DNA of 64,000 nt. Origin: Eledone cirrhosa. Lineage: Eukaryota. Positions within the stretch are counted from its first letter, which is position 1. Every line of letters begins with the position of its first letter. The stretch covers positions 386,818,001-386,882,000 of the forward strand of contig OZ024740.1 of assembly GCA_964016885.1 (NCBI GenBank), in the 5' to 3' direction. A program made the position numbers and the translations under genes. The notes beneath the pieces were generated by a model that saw only the letters and a program-made list of their open reading frames with translations, ran no database searches and was not told the DNA's origin. Below, piece by piece: positions 24,092-37,432 of this stretch.

Positions 24092-25214
24092 ATATATATG
24101 TATATATATATATATGTATAAGTATATATATATATATATTATTTTTATATTCTTTTAATTTCCCCTCATCTTTAACAGCACTTTTCAACTGCATCTAACT
24201 CTTATTTATCATATCTATATGTATTAGTATAATTTTATCAATATAAATATACCCATCAATTAAATTAATTTATATTCTTTTCATAGATGTATTTTTTTCA
24301 CTAACATTCTTATCTTAAAACTTTAGTCACCTTAGATATTTGCATTGGCATTACTGGTTTATAACAGCAACTGCTTGTATACCTTTTATTGACCACCTGA
24401 CCTATTTTCACCCCTAAAATAAGCTTCAATTACTACTATTTTACCATTTGGCCAATTATTAACTTTCTATTGGTTAATTCTAAACCTCTTACCAAACGGA
24501 CAGAATATATTAGATCTTTGTTGGTTTTATTCAATGAACAAATAAAATTATTTCTGAGGTCAGCATAAGACCTATTTCTTCCCTAAAATAATCCTTCATT
24601 CATAATATTCTTTTCCATCCAAAATTGAAATCTACCTTCCTCTACCCATAATTTAAGGTTCTTCTACTACTATATTACTATCCTGACCCTCACTATCTCT
24701 CTATTGGTCAATTCAAAACCTGTTCCCAAACAGACTTATTGTATTAAATCTTTGTTTTTTTAATAAACAAATATCATTATTTCTGAAGACAGCATATATA
24801 TGTGTAGGTATGTATATTCCCTCTGATAGTTTGTATAAATATTGTACATAGATCTATAGAATATGCATACCAACTCTAACACATATATAACCTAGAAACG
24901 ATCGTAAAATGATGAATTTTTTTAAATATAATGAACTGTTTCTTTGTTTATTCATTATTTTATTAATTTATCTTGACTCTGTTTTCCGTTTATTTTTCAC
25001 CGAAAGTAGTTTTTGAATGCTTCTTCTCTTTGCATGATATCCGGATTACATTGAGTTCTTCATACGGATTGGACACTACCGTAAACTTTTGGTAGATTTA
25101 TCTACATATATATATATGTATATATATATATACATATATGTATATATATATATATATATGTGTATATATATATATATAAATATATATATGTGTATATATA
25201 TATATATATGTATA

Positions 25215-25253
<39 letters not shown>

Positions 25254-25264
25254 ATATGTATATA

Positions 25265-25606
25265 TCATCATCATCATCATTTCATTTTACGTCCGCTTTT
25301 CCCTGCTTGCAAGGGTGGGACGGGAACTGATTCTGGCTTGATTTCTACAGCTGGATGCCCTTCCTAACACCAACCTCATTTACAGTGAGTGCTGGGTGCT
25401 TTTTTTGCCGTGGCACCTCCACGACCACTTTACAGTGGAATGATAAGGACCTCAGTCCCTATCATCTCATTTCTACAGCTGAGTAAACTGGAGCAATGTG
25501 AAATAAAGTGTCTTGCTCAAGGAAACAACACATCACCCAGTCTGAGAATTGAACTCACAACCTTTCGATTGCAAGGCCAATGCTCTAACCACTAAGCCAT
25601 GTGCCT

Positions 25607-25608
<2 letters not shown>
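25265..25608 (-). mobile_element. tRNA-headed SINE with RTE-derived tail (family B), copy 1
   Basis: A box TGGCTTAGTGG and B box GTTCAATTC; the last 43 nt are identical to the intact RTE; (GAT)n tail. Confidence 0.88.
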
Positions 25609-25662
<54 letters not shown>

Positions 25663-25701
25663 ATATGTATATATATATATATATACATATACACACACAT
25701 A

Positions 25702-25818
<117 letters not shown>

Positions 25819-25845
25819 GTGTGTATATGTATATATATATATATG

Positions 25846-25914
<69 letters not shown>

Positions 25915-25929
25915 GTATATATAACTTTG

Positions 25930-26686
25930 AATAACTTTGAAATGTTTTGGCCAGTATTGGCCCAGGCCATGTCTAACTTAATAGCACCACCTGGTGAAGT
26001 CTTTCAATTCAGGATTTGGGCACCATGGCCCATTCGAGAAGAGAATTACTGTTTGCGGAGACATATCCGGGTGTGGGTGGTTTGTCCGGGATTACTTGGA
26101 GGAATTTGTCCAAAGACTTCTTGAATTTTGTGTGGTCAGTTTCTGTTTTGACGTGTCCTGGTGTGATGTTGAAGAGAGCAGGGCCGATTGAGGTGAAATA
26201 ATTGTGCCGTATTGTTGTTATGAGTTGCGATTTAGATTTTTGAATAGGACGGATAGCACGGGGCCCAAGCCTTGGGTGTATCTTGAAGGCGATGCCAACA
26301 TCATTTGGGCAGTGATGATGGAACATTTTCCACATCATGCAGATAATATAACGCTCACGGCGACGTTGGAGTGAGTAAAGTTTCAGGTTTTCTAATCGAC
26401 CCCAGTAGTCAAGGTCTGACATGCCAGCTATCTTTTTCGTGATTGCCCTTTGAGGAGCTTCAAGTTTCATGATACTTTGTTTCGTGTGGGGAGACCACAG
26501 TGGACAACAGTATTCAAGGTGTGGTCGGGCAAAAGTAGAGAAGAGAAGGATAATGGTGCGGGAATCTCTCGACTGGAAGGTTCTGAGGATCCAGGAACAC
26601 ATTCTGCGGGCCATGTCAACTTTGCTGCTTATATGCGTGGTCCAGCTTATGTTGCTGTCCACGGTTACTCCCAAGTCTCTGATGTT
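25930..26686 (-). mobile_element. CR1/L2-group LINE, 3' fragment
   Basis: [14 protein letters not shown]...[13 protein letters not shown]...[14 protein letters not shown] in ORF 26009-26866. Confidence 0.88.
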
Positions 26687-26852
26687 ATATATATATATAT
26701 ATGTATATATGTATATATATGTATATATATATATATATATATACATACATATATATATACATATACATATATATATATACATATATATATATACATATAT
26801 ATATATACATATATATATATACATATATATATATATACATATATATATATAC

Positions 26853-26919
<67 letters not shown>

Positions 26920-26947
26920 AATATATGTATACGTATATATATATATA

Positions 26948-27138
26948 TATTGTTATACTTGGGGAGGGTCATATTTGAGTAATATTGCCAAAATTAATAA
27001 CAGAACACACTCACTGTTTGGTTGGTTTTCGCTTTTCGCTTCTGTGTGTTTTATAAAGGTTATCAAATCAGTGAGTGTATTCTGTTATTAATTCTGGCAA
27101 TATTACACACATATGACCCTCCCCAAGTATAACAATAT
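26948..27138. repeat. Inverted repeat (~70-bp arms) between (AT)n arrays
   Basis: attgttatacttggggagggtcatat / atatgaccctccccaagtataacaat. Confidence 0.85.
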
Positions 27139-27193
27139 TTGTTTCGACACACGATTTCATATAAAAAACCTCGCAAAACTAATTCATCGCCGT

Positions 27194-27288
<95 letters not shown>

Positions 27289-27319
27289 GTATATATACAT
27301 ATATATATATATGTATATA

Positions 27320-27406
<87 letters not shown>

Positions 27407-27440
27407 GTATATATATATATATGTATACATATATATATGT

Positions 27441-27507
<67 letters not shown>

Positions 27508-27580
27508 AATACATATATATATATATTCAAAAATATTCCTACTAAAGGAATCATTTTCCTACACACACACATACACACAC

Positions 27581-27619
<39 letters not shown>

Positions 27620-27869
27620 TCTTCATCTTAACATGCTAACCATACTCCCACACACATAACACCCATACACACACATAAAAACCCCCACACCTACAACACC
27701 CTCCCCATTTCTACTAATAGAACCACTTTCCTACACACATATATATATACACACACACAAAAAATATATATTCTCTCTATCTAACATACTCGCACACACA
27801 CACATAACACCCATATACACACACACACAACTCCCTCCCCCATCTCTACTAATAGAATCATCTTCCAAT

Positions 27870-27908
<39 letters not shown>

Positions 27909-28593
27909 AGCACACAAATAAACACATATCTTCAGTCTCAATAGAAAATCTGAACTCTGACACCTGAACTCTGACAGCTAGCCATATTCACTGAACCAGA
28001 ACATTTCTCCCAATCCCTTTTCCCTTGACCACTATCTCTCCATCGTCATAACATTCACTATAGACTACAGAATAGTTTTCCAAATAAGGGCGCAAAAATG
28101 TAATGAAAACTTGTTCACGTGACAGCCAAATTTCATTTATAACCAACCAAAAAAAAGCCTTCGTGAGCCTCATTTTTTCAAGTAAAAAGAAATTCAAACA
28201 CTCATATATGAAAAAACAACCTGTGACAACCCCCCCCCCCCCCCCTCTCTTATTTGAAGAACTATTGTAACGCGAACTGGCGCGAAATTTATTATAATTA
28301 TTGACAAACCAATCAAATTACTTCTCGAAAAACTTGGTTTTCGAGCCAGTTTTTCCATATAAAACAAGTAACATTTAGAGACCAACCAGATGTGAGAAAA
28401 ACCACAGACCCTCCATCTCAACTCACCTTTTGAAAAGCAGAAGAACTGCGAAACCGGTAAAGGAATCAAATAAATATATATATTTTTAAAAAAATAAGAC
28501 TTCAGTTGCATTTTCGATTTCATCCCTTTTTCTTTATACTTCCACTCGTGTAGGACACCTCGGTTATTTTTCATTTTGTAAAAAAAACCTCAC

Positions 28594-28640
<47 letters not shown>

Positions 28641-28645
28641 AATAC

Positions 28646-28765
<120 letters not shown>

Positions 28766-30108
28766 CGACCTGACACTCATAGCGGAATCAATGGCCGAGC
28801 TAGAGAAGAAATTCCAAACATGGAAGCACGGCCTAGAGTCAAAAGAACTTAAAATTAACCTGGCTAAGACCAAAGTTCTAGTTTGTAGGAAAGAAAACAA
28901 GGCGGCGGTCCCTTCTGGGAAATGGTCGTGCTCGGTATGTAGGAAAGGCGTAGGTAGAAACTCCATCTTATGTCCTAAATGCAAAGTATGGGTGCATAAA
29001 AGATGTAGTGGGATCACAGGTAAGCTAACTAAGAACATAGACTTTACATGTGGCCGGTGTTCTGGTGCAATAAGTAGCAGCAAGTGCCCACAAAATACTA
29101 GCTCTTTCAATTGCGCAGAGGGTTCTATAGAAATAGTGGACAGCTTCCGTTACCTGGGCGATAAAATCAGCAGTGGGGGAGGGTGCTCTGAAAGTACTGT
29201 AGCTAGAGTCAGAACTGGTTGGAAAAAGTTCAGAGAGCTTATACCACTATTAGCTGCTAAAGGGTTCTCCCTAAAAATGAAAGGCAGGTTGTACGATGCC
29301 TGCATACGAACAGCAATGCTGCATGGCAGTGAGACCTGGGCATTGTGTGCAGAGGATATACGCAGACTAGAGAGGAACGAAGCTTGCATGCTCCGCTGGA
29401 TGTGTAACAGTAATATACGTGAACGGCAAAGCATAAACGAACTAAGGAAAAAATTAGAGATAAGAGGGATCAGATGTTGTTTACTCGAGAGAAGGCTACG
29501 TTGGTATGGACACGTGATGCGCATGAAAGTCGATAGCTGTATAACAAAGTGCAGGGCAATAAAGATAGACGGTAGTCACGGAATAGGCAGACCTAGAAAA
29601 ACCTGGGACGAGCTGATAAACTCCGACATCACACATTTACACCTCTCCAAGACAATGTCACTGGACCGAGACCTTTGGCGGTACTCAGTAACAGAGAAGA
29701 CCCGCCTTACCTAAATATATAGTAAAACCTACTCCAGCCAGTAGGCATCTCTAACAAAATACACCCCGTCCCACCACCACCACCCCCACCCCATCCACAC
29801 CACCCCGTTCTATGTAAAGTTATGTTGGTGCCGCGCCATCCAGGCCGAAACAAATGAGATCGTGTAGGTGTCACGACAAAAAAACACACAGTCCACGCTG
29901 TAATGTGGCCGTGTAGGCAACACGGTAAAAACCTCCCAGACCCACACTGTAAATGTGGTTGGTGTTAGGAAGGGCATCCAACTGTAGAAAACCTGCCAGA
30001 CAGTCCTATGCGAGCAAGGCAATCACTCTTGCTTCAAGTGGGACTACCCCCGTCCAAACCCATGCAAGCGTGGAACACGGACGTTAAACGATGATGATGA
30101 TGATGATG

Positions 30109-30113
<5 letters not shown>
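28766..30113 (+). mobile_element. 5'-truncated RTE LINE, subfamily A
   Basis: RT C-terminal part of ORF 28662-29714; (GAT)n tail; (AT)n on both sides. Confidence 0.95.
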
Positions 30114-30138
<25 letters not shown>

Positions 30139-30139
<1 letters not shown>

Positions 30140-30487
30140 CATCATCATCATCATCATCATTTCCTTTTACGTCCGCTTTTCCCAGCTTGCAAGGGTGAGA
30201 CGGGAACTGATTCTGGCTTGATTTCTACAGCTGGATGCCCTTCCTAACACCAACCTCATTTACAGTGAGTGCTGGGTGCTTTTTTGCCGTGTGACCTCCA
30301 CGACCACTTTGCAGTGGAATGATAGGGACCATAGTTCCTATCATCTCATTTCTACAGCTGAGTAAACTGGAGCAATGTGAAATAAAGTGTCTTGCTCAAG
30401 GAAACAACACATCACCCGGTCTGAGAATTGAACTCACAACCTTTCGATTGCAAGGCCAATGCTCTAACCACTAAACCATGTGCCTCC
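30139..30487 (-). mobile_element. SINE family B, copy 2
   Basis: Near-identical to 25265-25608. Confidence 0.88.
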
Positions 30488-31111
30488 ATATATATATATA
30501 TTTCATTTCTCACTCTTAGCATGCTAACGACCAATAGTCATACCCAACGTATCAATTGTTTTGCTTTTTGAAATGATGAAAATAGCATTTTCTATTAATC
30601 ATCACCATCAACATCACTTTTATTATTATTATTATTGTTGTTGTTGTTGTTGTTAGTGGTCGTGGTCATAGTGGTAGTAGAAGTAATACCCCTAGGCGTT
30701 ATTATTGTTCATTTAGCTTGGGTTTGAATTTATCAATAACATTTTTTTCTTTGATTTTTCTCTTGATTTCACTTGGGCTGTGTAATTTGTAGAATGGGAA
30801 TATTATAAATATTCCCTGACCACATGTTGCCAGGTGGCCGCTTAGGGGTATCTGACGGACATTTGGGTCTCTGATTTGTTGACGGTGTACCCGTGCACGT
30901 TCCGATAGTGCATTTCCATTTCAACCAGCCGTGACGCTTAAACCAATCAGCTGTAGTAATTCAGTGAAACTACACACTGATTGGTCGAAATACAGTTTAC
31001 AGGGCTTTGCATTCTGGAGCCACTTTTCTCTGTATAAAATGTATAAAAGGTAGTAAATTTACCCATCTCATTACAGTTGAAAATTGCAAACTCGACTGTC
31101 ACCACATATCA

Positions 31112-31150
31112 TGAACCTGAAGATTGCGAAAGCATGAAAGTACTTGTTCA
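31112..31150 (+). ncRNA. Minimal hammerhead ribozyme motif
   Basis: UGAAC-CUGAAGA-U-UGC-GAAA-GCA-U-GAAA-GUAC-UU-GUUCA; palindromic loop III. Confidence 0.55.
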
Positions 31151-31292
31151 ATTAACACTTAGAATTTAATATTCTATCATACTATTTCATTATAATACCA
31201 TATTATATATATTTTAAAGGACTGTAAATAAAACGAGTAAATCAGACAAAGTTGGAATTCCTCTTATTAATATATATATATATATATGTATA

Positions 31293-31642
31293 TCATCATC
31301 ATCATTTTCATCATTTCATTTTACGTCCGCTTTTCCCTGCTTGCAAGGGTGGGACGGGAACTGATTCTGGCTTGATTTCTACAGCTGGATGCTTTTCCTA
31401 ACACCAACCTCATTTACAGTGAGTGCTGGGTGGTTTTTTTCTTGCCGTGGCACCTCCACGACCACTTTACAGTGGTATGATAGGGACCTCAGTCCTATCA
31501 TCTCATTTCTACAGCTGAGTAAACTGGAGCAATGTGAAATAAAGTGTCTTGCTCAAGGAAACAACACATCACCTGGTCTGAGAATTGAACTCACAACCTT
31601 TCGATTGCAAGGCCAATGCTCTAACCACTAAGCCATGTGCCT
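31293..31642 (-). mobile_element. SINE family B, copy 3
   Basis: Near-identical to 25265-25608. Confidence 0.88.
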
Positions 31643-31726
31643 ATATGTATATATATGTATATATATATATGTATATATATGTATATATATATATGTATAT
31701 ATATATATATGTATGTATGTATGTAT

Positions 31727-31785
<59 letters not shown>

Positions 31786-32619
31786 TGTATGTATGTGTGT
31801 GTGTGTGTGTAACTTTACACATCCTCACTATTATTAACTGTCAGTTGCCCAATCGGACATTAAATCAATCAGCAATCCCTCAACTTTTTTATAGACACAT
31901 CTTCTCACACGTTCCCATCAATTTTCACCTCCATTAAGATAATACCTTCAAAATATTCCAACCTTAATCACCCATCTGTTATCATTGTCTTTTTACTTTT
32001 TATTCTTTATTTATTATTTTTTGTTTTTTTTATTCTTTATTCTTTATTTTTTTATTTCTTATTCTTTATTTTTCATTTTTCATTTTTCATTTTTATTTTT
32101 TATTTTTTATTTTTTATTTTTTATTTTTTATTTTTTATTTTTTATTTTTATTACTTTTTATTCTTTATTTCGCCAATTCATGAATTTAACCCACTATACT
32201 GGAATGGCGCCAATACACCATTTTATTACTCTGACCAGTATCTTGCTTATCATTATTATCTCTTCATACCACTTCCCTAACTTTTTCCATGTTATTATTA
32301 TTGTCATTACTATTTTATGCCTCTATCCACTCATCATTGCAATTACTACTACTACCACTACTATTATTATTATCATTAATCTTATTATTGTTGTTGTTTT
32401 CATTTATGTTATTCTCCCATGTATCTATAAATACAAGTGCCCTGTGTTATGTACATATCAGTATTCTGACACTTTGGTCGGGTATCAACTGTAATTAAGG
32501 TCGAGTGACGTAGCTTCTAACGATCAGCGACATTTAGACACACCTGACTAAAGAAACAATTGTTAATACTGTAAATAAACCCTATTGTACAGCCGACCAT
32601 GTTAATCTTCATTCATTTG

Positions 32620-32674
<55 letters not shown>

Positions 32675-32681
<7 letters not shown>

Positions 32682-33038
32682 ACTAGAAATAGATTGACAC
32701 ATAGAAAAACACATGAAACAATCTCAGGGAATAATTTATAAAGTATGTAAGCACATATAACTAGGTAGGTAACTAATTAAAGTTTAACTAGAACTTCAAA
32801 TATAGATACCTTTTTAAATGATTTACTGGTTAATTGGTGAAATATATTTTTTACTTAAAGAAATATATACAAGGGAGATTAATCATTTTAAAAGGTATCT
32901 ATATTTGAAGTTCTAGTTAAACTTTAATTAGTTACCTACCTAGCTATGTGTGCTTACACACTTTCCAAATTATTCCCTGAGATTGTTTCATGTGTTTATT
33001 TTATATATATTTGTGTCAATCTATTTCTAGTTGATATA
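32675..33038. repeat. Inverted repeat (~150-bp arms)
   Basis: tatcaactagaaatagattgacac... / ...gtgtcaatctatttctagttgata. Confidence 0.88.
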
Positions 33039-33151
33039 AAATGTTCGGATCTATTCATTGGAATCTTTGAGCTTATTCTGCAGTGAATATGGTGCCTGTC
33101 TCTCAGACATGACAACCTTAATTTAATTTTGGATATATATATATATATATA

Positions 33152-34304
33152 CTAGCTGGCCCGTCCGGGTGGCGCCCAGCTAGGTATACCAGCATTTTAT
33201 CTTTTCAGGAATCGCTCCTTCACTCCAGTGCAAAGATACTGCACACCCTCTCAAGTCAACGAGGGTGTGTGTGTGTGTGTGTGTGGGGGGGGGGGGGGGG
33301 TTAACGTGCTCTGATGTTGGGTTTGAATAGTTTTTAGGATTCCCCAGTTCAGCAGCCAGTACGTTAAAGAAAATTGATAGTTACAACAATAAAGGCTGAA
33401 CAGAGAACACAATTTTTTAACAAGCTTTACAATAGTTTGTACAACCATAATGGAAATTCCAATTAACAGAAAATACATAAATTACATTGTTAGAGCCTCA
33501 GAGTATACAATATTTTTTGTTCGGCCCTCAGGAGCAAAGATGAAGAGATTGTTTGGCGATCTCACCCTAGAGCATCCTACCTACAATTGACCACGGGAGA
33601 AGCATGGTTTTCGCAGATGAAGGCCAGCCACTTTTAGGGTTTGACCCTGAGCTTTGTTGATGGTAATCGCAAAGCTTAGTCTCTCTGTTGCTCTAGTAAC
33701 ATTTTTTCTTCTGGAAAATCTGATCTTGCGGCCAGGCTGGGACTTTTGGGTGGCATATCGGCAGTAACAATGACGATAAGCCGTCTGTGCTTTCGTGAAA
33801 TAAATATGTTTGTTTATATTTTGTTTTTGTGTATGCAAAAATATCTGTAGACGAATATATAATTATATATATATATATATATTAAAATAACAGATTAAAG
33901 TTTAAGCAAAGAACCACTGCTTTCACCCTTAACGGCATCTTCTGAAACTGAAAAATATCTGTACACGAATATATAATTATATATATATATATATATATAT
34001 TAAAGTAACAGATTAAAGTTTAAGCAGAGAATCGCTGTTTTCACCCTTAACAGGATCTTCTGAAATTGAAAAAATCAATCTGTGAACGCAGAAGTAAATA
34101 TTTCAAAAAACATTGCAACTGAAGGAAAACAGGAAGACCATACTTTGGTTCGTGAAGATGTTCCCTGGCAATGAACGGAAAAAAAAGCGAAGATAATACG
34201 TCAGCAATGAGAACAATATTTGCTCTAGGGTTCTTATATATTTTATATATATTTATCCTTATCGAGCCCTCTTTGGATTTGATCTTCACATTTATTATTA
34301 TTAC

Positions 34305-34375
<71 letters not shown>

Positions 34376-34815
34376 TTATTAAGAGGGTGTGCGGTATCTT
34401 TGCTTTGAATTAATTAAAAGTTGGTTAGAAGCAAAGTTAATGCAGACAGGCAGCCAGACAGATATTATGAGCATGCGACGTTATAGCTATGCATCTAATG
34501 CAGACAGCCAGACATACAAAGACATATTATAAGGGCGCGACATTATAGCTATGTATCTATCTAAAAGGACAGACTAAGAAAGAGAGAAGAATGTCGTATA
34601 ACCGGAAGTGTTGACATTTGAAAATTTTAAAGAAGTGGATATTTAAATAAACGATAAAATATCTTTAATCTTCTAAGGAAATTTAGAAGACAAAAAAACC
34701 CTCACTTTCTTACTTGGAAAAAGTTACATTTATGGTGCAAATTTAGTGCTGTTTGTTCCAGCCATTTGGCGAAATGTTTGTTACATACATACGGCCATCA
34801 GCTTTATAATATAGA
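33152..34815 (-). mobile_element. Non-autonomous Helitron retaining the PIF1 helicase C-terminus
   Basis: The minus strand begins A|TCTATATTATAAAGC and ends in a GC-rich subterminal sequence plus CTAG|T. Peptide RLSFAITINKAQGQTL..AGLHL..PCFS.GQL*V.CSRV at about 33500-33690. Confidence 0.88.
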
Positions 34816-34834
34816 TATATATATAAATGTATAC

Positions 34835-36770
34835 ATCATCATCATCATCATCTTCGTTTAACATCTATGTTCAATGCTAGCATGGGTTAGACGGAAGTTG
34901 TCCCACTTGAGGCAAGGTTGGTTGGGTGACCGTGTCTCGCTCATATAGGACTATCTGGCAGGTTTTCTATGGCTGGATACCCTTCCTAACACCAATGACA
35001 TTTACAGTGTGGAACTGGGAACTTTAACTTTTTACTGTGTTACCTACATGACCACATTACAGCGTGGACTGTTTTTTTGTCGTAACACCTACATGATCTC
35101 GCTCTCAATCTCATTATCTCATTTATTTGTTAACTTTGTCTTTCATCCATACGGGGGTCGATAAAATAAAGTACCAGTAATATACTGGGTAATTGCTGGG
35201 GTGTATATTTGGTTAAGAGGTGCCTACAGACTGTAGGTTTCGCTTTGTACATGGGCAAGGCAGGTCTTCTGTATTACTGTGTAGCACCAAAGATCTCAGT
35301 CCAGTGACATTGTCTTAGAGAGGTGCAAGTGTGTAAGGGCAGAATTTATCAAATCGTCCCAGGTTTTTCTGGGTCTACCTACTGCGTAACTACCATCAAT
35401 TTTGATCGCCCTGCACTTTTTTATACAGCTGTTGTCTTTCATGCACATCACGTGACCATACCAACATAGTCTTCTTTCAAGTAAACAGCATCTGATCCCT
35501 CTTATTCATAATTTCTCTAAGTTCATTTATGCTTTGCCGTTCACGTATATTACTATTACACATCCAACGGAGCATGCATACTTCGTTCCTTTCCAGTCTG
35601 CGCAGGTCCTCTGCACGCAATGCCCATGTCTCACTGCCATGTAACATTGGTGTTCGTATACAGGCATCATACAATCTGCCTTTCATTTTTAGAGAGAAAC
35701 CTTTTGTGGCCAACAGCGGTATAAGCTCTCTGAACTTTTTTCATCCCGTTCTGACTCTGGCTACTGTACCCTCCACCACTGCTGATTTTGTCACCCAGGT
35801 AACGGAAAGTGTCCACTATTTCTATAGAACCATCTGGGCAATAGAAGGAACTAGTATGCTGTGGGCACTTGCTACTTATTGCACCAGAGCACCGGCCACA
35901 TATAAAATCTACGTTCTTAGATAGTTTACCTGTGATCCCACTACATCTTTTATGTACACATAGTTTGCATTTGAGACATAAAATGGAATTTCTGCCTACT
36001 CCTTTCCTACACACTGAGCATGGCCATTTCCCTAAGGGCACCTGTGCCCTATTTTACTTTCTACAAATTAGGACTTTAGTCTTAGACAAGTTAACTTTAA
36101 GGCCTTTTGATTCTAGGTCATGCTTCCATGTTTGGAATTTCTTCTCTAGTTCAGCCATAGATTCAGCTATGAGCGTTAGATCATCTGCGTATAGGAGTTC
36201 CCATGGGGAGCCGGTCTTAAACTCCTCTGTTATAGCCTGAAGGGCAATAATAAATAGGAGGGGCTAAGGACAGAGCATTGATGAACACAAACTTCTACAC
36301 TAAATTCTTCACAATATTCATTGTTAATTCTAACCTTACTGACTGTTTCTTTATACATAGCTTGTATAGATCTCACAAGCCATTCATCTACACCTAGTTT
36401 TCTAAGAGCCCACCAGATAATGGAGCGGAGGACTCTGTCAAAGGCTTTTTCCAGGTCTACTAAAGCTAAGTAGAGGGGTTTACTTTTAGCTAGGTACTTC
36501 TCCTGTAGTTGTCGTACAAAGAAAAGAGCGCTTGTGGTACTTTTACCCGACACAAACCAAAACTGCATTTCATCTAGATCAATTCGCTCTCTGATTAGTT
36601 GCGCTATAACTCTTTCTGTGATCTTCATGACCTGGTCAACTAACTTTATGCTTCTATAGTTTCCCCTATCTAGAGCATCCTCTTTACCCTTGTAGCAGTT
36701 AATGATGAGGCTGCTATGCCAGTCTTTTGGTATGACCCCATTCTGTATTACTTGGTTAACTTGGTTAACA
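34835..36770 (-). mobile_element. Degenerate RTE LINE (A-like) with a SINE fragment nested at about 35130-35200
   Basis: Frameshifted ORFs 36230-36775, 35667-36041 and 35477-35713; (CAT)n at 34835. Confidence 0.92.
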
Positions 36771-36836
36771 TACACACATATATATATATATAAATGTATA
36801 TATAAAATAGGAAAATTTTCGCTCTACATAGCTGAA

Positions 36837-37260
36837 TACAATAAATGAAATCTAAGTTTTTCGAATATTAATATTAACATTTGATTCGTTTGCAATTATG
36901 CAAACAAACCATTTTTATAGCCATGTCAGTAGAATGAACTCTTCATTCTTGCTCTTGTGTTGGCATGTAAACAGAACTGCAGACACTAATGTTTCTGGGT
37001 ATCACCCTTCATCAGTACAGCTCACTGTTCACCTGCTAACTGTCAGAGCTAGTGAAATATACAGTGATTGATCAGCCTGATTTGCATATTAGCAGACTGG
37101 CTGATCAGTCAGATCTGCATATTAGCAGACCCACTGATGATACCCAGAAACATTAGTTCATTCTACTAACATGGCTATAAAAATGAGGCTTGTTTGCATA
37201 ATTGCAAACAAATCGAATGTTATTATTAATATTCGAAAAACTCAGATTACATTTAATGTA
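36837..37260. repeat. Inverted repeat containing one intact and one deleted hammerhead motif
   Basis: Arms share tttttcgaatattaat...gccatg..agtagaatgaact and actaatgtttctgggtatca. Confidence 0.85.
36972..37027 (-). ncRNA. Type-I hammerhead ribozyme motif
   Basis: GAGCUGUA-CUGAUGA-A-GGGU-GAU-ACCC-A-GAAA-CA-UUAG-UG-UC-UGCAGUUC; GUC cleavage triplet. Confidence 0.7.
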
Positions 37261-37432
37261 TATATACATATATATATAAATGTATATATACAATATATAT
37301 ATATATATACACACACACACACGCATATATATATATGTATATATAGATTTATATTTATATATATATGTATATATATATACACATATATATATATATATAT
37401 ATTATATATGTATATATATACACACATATATA

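Noticed and set aside
24820-24905. GAAAC-GATC-GTA hammerhead-like stem III
   Set aside because: The upstream core is CTGATAG and stem I does not pair; too decayed to call.
31985-32498. 169-aa Phe/Ile-rich 'membrane protein' ORF
   Set aside because: Derived from (TTTTTA)n and (ATT)n low-complexity DNA.
33900-34065. Tandem CAGAAGA...GAAA motifs on the minus strand
   Set aside because: The core U4 is replaced in both copies and stems I and III are not convincing.
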